From positions 1,330-65,329 of the forward strand of contig NW_021824850.1 in the NCBI RefSeq assembly GCF_006345805.1: 64,000 bases of DNA, given 5' to 3'. The notes below the pieces were generated by a model. The model was not told the origin of the DNA. It saw nothing but the letters and a program-made list of their open reading frames with translations, and made no database searches. The translations under genes and the position numbers were made by a program. Within the stretch, counting starts at the first letter, position 1, and each line of letters starts with the position of its first letter. Positions 38,843 to 49,595 of the stretch are shown piece by piece. The DNA is from Octopus sinensis. Lineage: Eukaryota.

Positions 38843-39434
38843 TACATATATATACACATACATATATATATATACATATATATATATGAGAACATTCAAC
38901 CTCAGACAGTCGAGACTAACTGACAGACAGATGGTCGGAAAGACTGAGAGACAAAACCAATCGAGAATCTTCGCTTTGTGAATCTGTATCAATGGCCTTA
39001 TTAGATTATCGATACAAATTCACGAGTGCCTGCGCACAGACACCTACAAGCATAGTTCCATATATAGTTTCTCTTCCATTTTCACTTAGTCTCTCGAACA
39101 ACCCACTCACAAAACCACACACACACACACACACAGAGGCAACCAGCAACGCATTTTACACAATGACGCCTGGTTGCATTTCTGGTTTGCTAGAAATTCA
39201 AATACGCATACGTAAGGACAGCGGAAGAGAATTAAGTAGGTGGAAAGATAGAAAGATGGTCAGATAGAAACAAAAGCAAGCAGACTGTTATTAAAACAAA
39301 GCTAAAGTGGGAATGAAATAATTTATATTTCTCTCTTCTTTCTTCTTTAATGCACAATGAGAGACACTGTTTCTCCTTTACATATTTACACTCACAATGA
39401 ATTACACATCACGTTCTATCAACACACACACACA

Positions 39435-39485
<51 letters not shown>

Positions 39486-39503
39486 AACATACATACACAC
39501 ATA

Positions 39504-39900
39504 TAGGCGCAGGTGTGGATGTATGGTATGAAGCTTACCTCCCAACCACATGGTTTTGGGCTTAGTCCCACTGCATGGAAACTTGGACAAACGTCCTCTA
39601 AAATAGCCTCGGACGGACCAAATCTCTGCGAGTAGATTTGTTAGATGGAAACAGAAAGAAACCCGCCGTAATATATATATATATGTATATGTGTGTGTGT
39701 GTGTGATTATATCTGCAGTTATTACGCCAGACAAACTGCTTAGCGGTATTTCTTCCGACTCATCACGATCTGAATTCAAACTTTGCCGAAGTCGGCTTTG
39801 CCTGTCACCCTTTCGGGGTCAATAAAATAAAGTACCAGGTCAATACAGGGATCGATGTAATTGACTTGCTCCCTCGTCTCAAAATTGTTGGTCTTGTGCC
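39504..39900 (+). mobile_element. SINE family C head (39504-39670) followed by a family D variant (39725-39900)
   Basis: ggcgcaggtgtggatgtatggta...ttagtcccactgc, then ctgaattcaaactttgccgaagtcggctttgcctgtcaccctttcggggtcaataaa. Confidence 0.8.
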
Positions 39901-39904
39901 TTTT

Positions 39905-40373
39905 TTATCGATCTCGGCGGAATTTGAGAGCAGGGGGTAAAGGCGGACGAAATACCTATTTCTATTTCTTTACTACCCACAAGAGGCTAAAAACAGAGGG
40001 GACAAACAAGGACAGACAAACGGATTAAGTCGATGATATCGACTCCAGTGCGTAACTGGTACTTATTTAATCGACCCCGAAAGGATGAAAGGCAAAGTCG
40101 ACCTCGGTGGAATTTGAACTCAGAACGTAGTGGCAGACGAAATACCTATTCCTTTACTACCCACAAGGGACTAAATACGGAGGGGACGAACAAGGAGAGA
40201 CAAAGGGATTAAGTCGATTACATCGACTCCAGTGCGTAACTGGTACTTAATTTATCGACCCCGAAAGTATGAAGGGCAAAGTCGACCTCGAATTTGAACT
40301 TAGAACGTAGCGGCAGACAAAATACAGCTACGCATTTCACCCGGCGTGCTAACGTTTCTACCAACCCGCCGCG
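39905..40373 (-). mobile_element. SINE family D: head plus tandem ~190-bp units
   Basis: The head is at 40310-40373. The block tttactacccacaag...ggattaagtcgat..atcgactccagtgcgtaactggtactta..tcgaccccgaaag occurs twice, plus a partial third unit. Confidence 0.9.
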
Positions 40374-41956
40374 ATAATAACAATAATAAACACAAAATAT
40401 GCAGAAGTGGAATTTCTTTTACCAACTCATCCAAACAAACATGAGATGAGGCTAGATTACAAAGAAAATGATTCGGATAAAGATTAAATCGTGGTGTGAT
40501 TAGTTCCAAGGTTACATTAGTAGAGATCTACATCTTTTAAGTAAAGGTCAATCTGGAAACTATTATACTTGTTCTGAAAACTGTGCACATATGGTGCTAT
40601 GTATATCACATCATATGTTGCCCTACACACATACACAGGCTTGAAATTTACGGATTTAAGTCTAAACGCTCAAACAGAAACCAATTTTATTTTTACATGC
40701 AACAGTAGAAAGCACTTGGATGTGTAAATACTATTAAACAAAGTCTTCATTTCCAGGTTAATATCATTAATAGGATGCTACAGAGTGGTATCATGTTTGT
40801 AAGGTCAGTGCTGTTGCTATTTCTACATGAGCTACAGTAAAGGAGGTAAGCTTCCTGCCAGCCGAGGCAACGATTCATTGTCAGTAGAATACTTTACGTC
40901 ATTTCGTTACATTACACCACATTACCTTACACTTCATTTCACTTACGCCAATAATGCACTCGGGATAATGGTCATGACGTCAGGATATCCACTTTCCCAC
41001 ATGACCCAAAATATAGAAACTTTCATCATTGTCGATTCTGGGTTAAGAACACCTCGGGAGGAACGCATGTACTTTTAATTCAATCATTCATTCATCAAAG
41101 GTCGATAAAATTACTATCATTATCACTAACCCACTGAATCTAATACTGTGGACTTTAGTTTAAGAAATATTTGTAACAAATAAAAATATTCCTCGGAATG
41201 GAAAATGGCGTAACACTGGAGGCAACTGACTGACGTGTCAAGTCCATAATACCAGTTCACTAATTAAAGTTCTTAGGAAAACAATGTACCTCACGATATA
41301 GTGCAACAGACACATACACATACTTAAGCATAAGAATTTAAAACTAATGCCCCCAGGCCAAAATCAATATTATTTTAATATCGAGATGAAAAGAGCACTT
41401 GGAGATTTAACACAACGACTCGATTTCAATTCCCATTTGAAGTCACTTTGCTTCCCTTATCGCACTACCACTTAAAAGAAAGACATAGACATGAAAGGAA
41501 AGAATTTTTATCTGTTACAATGTCTAAGGACCTCCGTTTACATATTGGAAGTCAATATCTGAGAACTTACATTTTTCAAAAATAGTTTTTAAAATCCAGA
41601 ATGTTGATTTTCAAATGATGGCCGAGTGTATATGATATTAAACAATGGTTGACAGAGAAGTTGACGTTCGAATCCTTCACAAGTACAGTATTATTTTCTT
41701 AGCTAAAACAGCTCTAACGGCCTCTTTACTGTAAGTTGCAATCAGAGAGCAGTGATATTTCATTGTTTTAAATGATAAACGAAGAGTGAAATTACGGGCT
41801 ACTATTTTTTATCTGAACATGTAGGTAACCTTTATCAAAAGATAGACTAAAACGGTGACAAAGATTACATTCTTAATAGTGCCGCCAAAGATCCGATTCA
41901 GTTCTTTATTTATGAAATCAACATTAGTTTCTATAATTTCTAGTTTCACTTTCTTT

Positions 41957-42410
41957 TTTCTTTTACTTTCTTTTACTTGATTCAGTCATTTGACTGCGGC
42001 CATGCTGGAGCACCGCCTTTAGTCGAGCAAATCGACCCCAAGACTTATTCTTTTGTAAGCCTAGTACTTATTCTATCGGTCTCTTTTGCCGAACCGCTAG
42101 GTTTCGTGGACATGAACACATCAGCATCGGTTGTCAAGCGATTTTGGCGGGACAAACACAGACACACAAACACACACACACACACGCACACACACACACA
42201 CACACACACCCACATATATATAATATATATATATATACATATACAGGACAGGCTTCCTTCAGTTTCCATCTACCAAATCCACTCACAGGGCTTTGGTCGG
42301 CCCGATGCTATAGTAGAAGACAATTGCCCAAAGTGCCTCGCACTGGGACTGAACCCGGATCCATGTGGCTGGTAAGCAAGCTACTTACCACACAGCCACT
42401 CCTGCGCCTA
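41957..42410 (-). mobile_element. SINE family C, near full length
   Basis: The minus-strand head is ggcgcaggagtggctgtgtggtaagtagcttgcttaccagccacatggatccgggttcagtccc, with internal (TG)n and 3' end ggcggtgctccagcatggccgcagtcaaatgactgaa. Confidence 0.93.
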
Positions 42411-42637
42411 TGTACAGATGATTTCAATGAACATCACACATTATATTCCATTAACTCCATAGCACGTGCTTGCATTGCAACACAATATTTTCTACTTTAT
42501 GCTTCTGGATTAGACAGTATCATTAAAAATCTTCGCAGTAGATGAAGCACAGAAAGCAAACAACAAGGAAGACTAAAGCAAAACAAAACAATAACAAAGC
42601 AAAAATTCGCTCATGAGAAAAAGATGTATGTGTGTGG

Positions 42638-42669
<32 letters not shown>

Positions 42670-42794
42670 TATGAAGAAACAACATAACTAAGGGAAGTAA
42701 AGGAACATCTAGTTAGTATCTTTCCGCTGCGAGACATGCATTTAAATTCTTGATAATATATCTGTAATAAGCCACAAGAACTCGTTAGTCTTCT

Positions 42795-43959
42795 TATATA
42801 ACATATGTAGATATATACACACATATATAAATACATACTGATATGTATAAATATATATACATATATATATATATATTTATATATAATATATATACATATA
42901 AATATATTATATATATATATATATATTTATACCTATATATATATTTATATATATATTTATATGTATATACATATATATATATATATATACATATATATAC
43001 ATATATATATATACATATATATATAGATATATATATATACACACACATATACATATATACACACACACACACACACATATACATATATATATACACACAC
43101 ACATATACATATATATATATTTATATATATATATACACACACATATATATTTACATATATATATATATGTGTGTGTGTGTGTATGTGTGTGTGTGTGTAT
43201 GTATGAATGTACACATATATGGATACAAACATATATGATAAATATATGATGAATGTCACAATCTATAGTCATTTATTACTAATGAAGTGAATGCAAGGGA
43301 CCTCTGAGGTGAAATTTTATAATATTCTTGTCTCCCTACAACTGACAGATGACTTTTACGATAGATACACAAACACATTCACTGGCGTGTAATACACAGC
43401 AGGTTCCGATATGCATATACATCACTATCTTAATATACACACACCCACATTTATATATATATACACGCACACACTTATATATGTGCGTGTGTGTTTCTGT
43501 TCCTGTGTATCCTGAAATGTGAATCACCAGTGCTACTTCAAATCTCCGTCTCGTACACACAAACACACAGATGCTGAAGACCATGCACAATGTTATACGT
43601 GCTGAATGTTTTAGCTCTTACTAGAAATATTTCCTCTGTGTGTGTGTTGTGTGTGTGTATATTATGCATGCGCGCGTGTGTACCCGTTTACATATGTATA
43701 TGTGCACATGTATATATGTATTAGTAATATGCTTATATATGTATAGATATTGCCATATATGTGCGTATATTTCTTTATGTAGGTATATCTTTATACATTC
43801 ATGCATACATAAATACATATATATGCATATATGTGTGTATATATATATATGTATATGTATATGTATATATTATGTATATATATATCTATATATATATATA
43901 TATATTATATATATTATATATATATATACGTATTCATTTATATATATGTATATGTATAT

Positions 43960-44002
<43 letters not shown>

Positions 44003-44205
44003 GTATGCATTTATATATATGTATATGTATATATTATGTGTGTATATATATATATATACGTATGCATTTATATATATGTATATGTATATATTATGTGTGT
44101 ATATATATATATATACGTATGCATTTATATAGTGAAGGCGCATGGCTCAGTGGTTATGTATAAATGACCAAAGGGGTCATTTATATATATACATATATAA
44201 AAGAG

Positions 44206-44267
<62 letters not shown>

Positions 44268-44268
44268 A
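42795..44268. repeat. Large (TA)n/(CA)n low-complexity zone, including a ~44-bp higher-order unit three times (43995-44130) and a 25-bp SINE A head stub (44132-44156)
   Basis: Directly visible. tacgtatgcatttatatatatgtatatgtatatattatg is repeated, and the stub reads gtgaaggcgcatggctcagtggtta. Confidence 0.9.
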
Positions 44269-44270
44269 TA

Positions 44271-44560
44271 CAATCTGATCAATAAGTATCCGGACTATTG
44301 CTATAATAACTAAGCTAAAGCTCGGAAATGATTTACCTTCTACTCTGCTGTGTATGTGCACAACTTTTAGCATTCTAGCTTATTTTCGCTATTTACAGCA
44401 GTGTTTGGAAGGAAGTTGTGTAGCGAGAGATCCTACATTGAACATAACAGAGAAAGCTGAGCAGAGAATCTGCATTAAATTTTATCAAATGCTTGGCGAT
44501 ATCTTCTGAAAGGCCTACGCAAAAAAATTTTCTAAGAATTTTCATCGCTCACAACACAAT
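44271..44560 (+). mobile_element. Mariner 5' end (TIR, leader, transposase N-terminus)
   Basis: TA|caatctgatcaataagtatccggact, and peptide ITEKAEQRICIKFYQMLGDIF*KAYAK. Confidence 0.8.
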
Positions 44561-44659
44561 CAAGGAGATATTGTGCAACTGAGAGCCGAGTGTGTTTTTT
44601 AGTCATCTGAATGTTTTCCCGCAAACTTTGAAGACATGCATCTCATGCCCAAATATTCC

Positions 44660-44852
44660 TATATATGTAGGAATATAACTATTTTTTTCCCTCTGTCTTC
44701 CCTTCTCTAGATCTTTCCTTCTCCTATGTTTCCGACGAAGAGCTCAACTCGAAACGTTAAACCCTCCTTCTTTCCTGAGCGTCCAATAATACTATATTTG
44801 TTCCACGTCCTCGCGTTGTGTTTTTTGGTGTTTTCTTGTTTGGATTAACTTT
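44660..44852 (+). mobile_element. Family H2 short element with hammerhead-like motif at 44728-44762
   Basis: gttt|ccgacga|a|gag-ctcaa-ctc|gaaa|c|gtt|aaac, then ttcctgagcgt as in H1. Ends in (TA)n. Confidence 0.7.
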
Positions 44853-44855
44853 ATA

Positions 44856-44917
<62 letters not shown>

Positions 44918-44927
44918 CTGAACTAAG

Positions 44928-45416
44928 CAGTAATCTGCACATCTTCTGATAACACACGGATGGTGATTCGACGATTTCCCATCACAGTTGCACACACATC
45001 TGCCATCGTTTTCTCAGTTCTGCTGGTTGCAGGTCTTTCAAAATTTCATCAAATATCGACATTGTTTTGGGTCATCTTGGAAACGTCTCAACCACACGTA
45101 ACCTTGTGTGGGGCTCATACACTCGTCTCCATACACTTTCTGCAACTTTGCGTAAGTATCGCCGTGAAAACTTTCTATGTCTTGCGTAGGTATCACCATG
45201 ACAACTTTCGCTGTCATGTCAATGCGACGATCACACACTGCACACCTGCACACCTTCCTTCCAAGCACTGCTGTAAACAGCAGATGTGAGCTAGAAAGTA
45301 AAAACTTAGTGCGCATGCCCAACAGAAGCCAGGGCCAATCTGTGCCCAGCGCTGTCCCTCTGTGTGACGGAGTTTCGTTACTATCGCAACAATGGTGATA
45401 CTTATTGATCAAAATA
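44928..45416 (-). mobile_element. Mariner 5' end with HTH region, same family as 44271-44560
   Basis: Minus TIR tgatcaataagtatc. Peptides GDTYAKLQKVYGDECMSPTQGYVWLRRFQD and RPATSRTEKTMADVCATVMGNRRITIRVLSED. Confidence 0.88.
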
Positions 45417-45449
<33 letters not shown>

Positions 45450-45466
45450 ATATATATTATATATAT

Positions 45467-45542
<76 letters not shown>

Positions 45543-45580
45543 TTGTATATATACTCTTTTTTATGCTTTTTATTTGTTGC

Positions 45581-45889
45581 AGGTATAAACAGTAGCTGCA
45601 CGACATCGTGAAATATATTTGCCACTTAAATGGGGCTAACCCTTAAGGGTGGATGCTACTGTAGCTTGTAGCCCCAGGAGGACACCTCCCCCAGCTGGAT
45701 ATTGACACAATTTCTGTGCCCTATCAGTATTTGCAAAGGGAAGCCATCCTTCACAGCTCCATCCTCAATAGCCAGCTGGAAGATGTGTATTCCTGGGGCT
45801 ACAAGCTACAGTAGCATCCACCCTTAAGGGTTAGGCACATTCAGATGGCAAATATACTTCACGATGTCGTGTAGCTACAGTTTATACCT
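45581..45889. mobile_element. Fold-back MITE with ~100-bp TIRs
   Basis: aggtataaac...cctggg arms. The inner taacccttaagggtggatgctactgtagcttgtagccccagga matches its inverted copy at 45791-45833 perfectly. Confidence 0.9.
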
Positions 45890-46085
45890 CCTTCAGATAT
45901 TTATTATTGCTTGTTTACAAACACACACACTCACACATACATACACACACACACACACACACACTTGCACACACACACACTCGCACACACACTCGCACAC
46001 ACACTCGCACACACACACACACACTCGGACACACACACTCGCACACACACACACACAAACACACACACATATATATACAAATATG

Positions 46086-46235
46086 CGACGAGCTTCTTTT
46101 AGTTTCCGCCAGTCAAATACACTCACAAGGCTTAGGTCGGTACGTGGCTGTAGTAGAAGACACTTGCCCACGATAGCACGCAGTGGGACTGAACTTGGAA
46201 TCATGTGGTTGGTAAGTAAGCCACTTACCACACAG
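46086..46235 (-). mobile_element. SINE family C 5' half
   Basis: gtagaagacacttgccca...cagtgggactgaacttggaatcatgtggttggtaagtaagccacttaccacacag. Confidence 0.88.
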
Positions 46236-46236
46236 T

Positions 46237-46279
<43 letters not shown>

Positions 46280-46331
46280 CATATAACAATATATATATAT
46301 AACACCATATATATGTAGGTATATAACTATA

Positions 46332-47796
46332 TCTCTTATTATAAAAGGCAGATTTTATCTGCCTCCCTTTGTATCTTATAGAAATCTACAATATAGGATT
46401 TCTTCAATTACAATTTACCTAGCATTTTTAAGAGTAGAATGCATCGGGTCATGCCAGGTCCAGTTTTTAAAATTTCAACCCCAATTAAGCAAAATTTAGA
46501 GAAAACTCACATTGTGGTGTATATGTCAAATGTTTTTCTTAGTGTGGGATACAGCACACGCAAACGCACACACACACAAAGGGAGCGAACTGTTTCACTG
46601 ACGCTATCACCATTCTCCTCCTTTGTCTTTGCAAGTTTGCAGCTATTAAAGTGAAAACAGTGAATCCGACAGCGATTAAGAAAATGAATTGGTACCTGAA
46701 TGGAGTGAAAATTTAAAAACTGTTTCTTTCGGTGATTTTTCTGAAGAAACTGCACCAAGCCACAGACTTTCCCAGAAGAGTAAAGCCTTAAACTATTTCT
46801 ATTTACTTTTTCGAATGAGCCTATTTGAAATCATTACGGCAGAAACGAACCGTTACGCTAAACGTAAACAAAACGAAAGAAAGGATAGTTTGTTATTTCC
46901 CACAACCTTAAATGAAATTAAGGCCTATTTTGCCATAAATATTATTATGGGTATCAGAAAGTTACCCAGAATAACAAATTCTATCGTAAAATTTTCTTGT
47001 ATACCCAATTGAATATTAGCTAATAACCCATTTTCTATAGCGATGTTTGAACAAAATTTTAATAATTTTATATATTGTTGAATTTACCTGTATCTACCTG
47101 CAATTAGAGTCACTTTGTGACAAAACTTATAGTATAGAATTGGTTGAGGACATTTCATTAAATTATCTTCCAAAAATCACATTAATATATTGATAAATAA
47201 AAAAGTTATAGTTGTTTAATGAAACCAGACTAAATTTATGATTACGTTAGAAATTAATTGAAACACATAAGGGGTGTATTTTGGTCAGAAATATAGTAAC
47301 GAAAGGGTTAAGAAAAACAAAAAAATATTTTATTCTTTATAAATGTTGTATTCAAAATAACATTTTCTTTTAAGAATGTGTATATAACAAAGTATGTGTA
47401 TATAACTACGTGACTTATATCTTTATATATAAAAGTCAAGTTCTGTGTCTGTCTCCTACGATTTAGATTCCTAACTACTCCCACATTTTGCGGTGCAGTG
47501 TAACCAAAACCGGGTATCTTATAGTCGTGAGTCATATCGAGCCCTTCTGGGTATTAGCGCGCGTCTACGATGAGTCTACGATTTAAAAAAATTTACCATC
47601 ATATTTTTCCATTTTAATGCATTTTTTTCGCTATTATATAAGGGAAGTAACTCTATAAAAATATCTACGATGTGTCAACGATTTAAAAAGAAATTTACCT
47701 TAATTTTTTTTTCCTATTTTTTGGTTATAACTCTCTAAAAATGCTTATATAGTTATTTCCCTTACAAACCCGAGCAACGCCGGGCGATACTGCTAG
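46332..47796 (+). mobile_element. Composite non-autonomous Helitron (two 5' TC termini, one 3' hairpin-CTAG terminus)
   Basis: A|TCTCTTATTATAAAAG at 46332 and A|TCTTTATATATAAAAG at 47420. Hairpin cccgagc-aac-gccggg at 47769-47784, then CTAG|T at 47793-47797. Confidence 0.7.
46660..47311 (+). pseudogene. piggyBac transposase N-terminal fragment and right terminus
   Basis: ORF 46689-47012 reads YFYLLFRMSLFEIITAETNRYAK...PTTLNEIKAYFAINIIMGIRKLP, which is DDE_Tnp_1_7-like. The terminus AGGG|TTAA is at 47304-47311. Confidence 0.85.
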
Positions 47797-48657
47797 TATA
47801 TATATATGTGTGTGTGTGTGTATGTATATACACGCTTTAAGATACATTGATAGATAGAATCATCGGTGGATAAATGTACAGATGAAAATGTACGTAAATT
47901 GTAGAAATATATAGATTATATCAATATACACACACAAGCATTCACACGAGTATGCAATTATACACTCGTTCATACATGCATCCGCATAAACATGCACACA
48001 CAAACACAAATACGCGCGCGCACACGCATTTATAAATATGTACATGATGTACGAATATATTTATAGATATGCTTTCATCCTTTCATGCCTCATACATCCG
48101 TGTGTACAGATTTACATACAGCCACAGAATACGACTTCAACAAATTAACTGTGGCTAAGTAATTAGTGGATATCTTAACAGCACTTCTCTGAGGGTCGTT
48201 TAGATTCGTCTCATCATTTATATAGCATGCATTATCAACGAATCTAAACAGTGAAAAATCATGTCATTTTATAAGGTTGCCTTGACAACTCCATGAAGAG
48301 AGCGATCATCTTGTCACCATAGTAACTAGATTCTAATCGAATGTTACTGGATGTAAAGGATTTTACAACACTGATGGCTTTAGTGACGTGAGAATAGATA
48401 ACTTCTTTTTCTCTGGTTTTCTTCTTGTTGTTTAATTATTTTTTGTTAGTTTTAATGCATATTTCTTTCCTTCCTTTCAAACGTTTTCTCTTTATTTCCC
48501 ATCCGCCATCTTTTTCGCTCTCTCGTTCCTTTTCTTAAGGAGATATTCTCGATGGGCATTTTGTAATGAATGCCATACCTTCACAGTTAAACACACGCCC
48601 ACATGAAGATACACGCACTACACATGCGCACACGACTGCATACGTCTACATACATAC

Positions 48658-48780
48658 GAATGGCTGTGTGGTTACGAATTTCGCTTTGTAGCCACATGTT
48701 TTGCGTTCAGTGCCTTGGGCATGTTATTTTCTAATAAAGATCTGGGCCGGCCAATGCTTTGCGAGGGAATTTGGTTGACA
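48658..48780 (+). mobile_element. Degraded SINE family C head
   Basis: tggctgtgtggtta...ccacatgttttgcgttcagtgccttgggca...gggccggccaatgctttgcgagggaatttggttgac. Confidence 0.65.
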
Positions 48781-48784
48781 ATGT

Positions 48785-49226
48785 AAGGCGGCGAGCTGGC
48801 AGAAACGTTAGCATGCCGTATTTCGTCTGCCGTTACGTTCTGAGTTCAAATTCCACCGAGGTCGGCTTTGCCTTTCATCCTTCCGAGGTCGACAAATTAC
48901 GTACCAGTTACGCACTTGGGTCGATGTAATCGACTTAACCCGTCTGTCTGTCCTTGTTTGTCCCCTCCATGTTTAGCTCATTGTGGGTAATAAAGAAATA
49001 GGTATTTCATCTGTCGTTACGTTCTGAGTTCAAATTACGCTGAGGTCGACTTTCATACGTTCTGAGTTCATATGCCACCGAGGTCGGCTTTGCCTTTCAT
49101 CCTTTCGAGGTCGATTAAATAAGTACCAGTTACGCACTGGGGCCGATATAATCGACTTAATCCGTTTGTCTGTCCTTGTTTGTCCCCTCTGTGTTTAGCT
49201 CCTTGTGAGCAGTGAAGAAATAAGTA
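48785..49226 (+). mobile_element. SINE family D: head plus tandem unit
   Basis: ggcggcgagctggcagaaacgttagc, B-box gagttcaaattcc and central gtcggctttgcctttcatccttccgaggtcgac. The unit restarts after aaagaaataggtatttc. Confidence 0.92.
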
Positions 49227-49384
49227 ACAGTAAGTACGTATGTATGCATGTATGTATGTATGTATGTATGTATGCATGCATGTATGTATGTATGTATATA
49301 TATATGTATGTATAAAATTATGTATGTAAATGTATATGTGTATACATGCTTGTGCGTGTGTCTGTGTTTAACCGTACCCTCAAT

Positions 49385-49595
49385 TGAAAACCACTGTTGG
49401 TTTGCTTACCAACAGTGACCGATAAAATAAGTGCCAGAATTAAGTATCAGTACAGCGTTGATTTCTTTGATTACATCCTTCGAGGCGATGCCCCAGTATG
49501 GCTGAAGTGAAATAAACCCAGCAAAATAGATGGATAATACAGGCGTGGCTGTGTGGTAAGACACTTGCTTCCTAACCCCATGGATCCGGGTTCAG
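49385..49595 (+). mobile_element. SINE family C 3' fragment followed by a family C head
   Basis: gaccgataaaataagt...cgaggcgatgccccagtatgg, then ggcgtggctgtgtggtaagacacttgcttcctaaccccatggatccgggttcag. Confidence 0.7.

Noticed and set aside
39905-40373. CRISPR-like repeat array
   Set aside because: The units are ~190-bp SINE multimers with no unique spacers, in eukaryotic context with no cas genes.
44600-44650. Degenerate hammerhead (cat ctgaat gttt..aaac..gaagacatgcatctc atg)
   Set aside because: It needs several core edits and is indistinguishable from chance without a consensus.
45637-45650. piggyBac end junction in acccttaagggt
   Set aside because: The orientation is CCC-TTAA-GGG, not the AGGG-TTAA-CCCT expected for joined ends. 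Treated as part of the MITE TIR.
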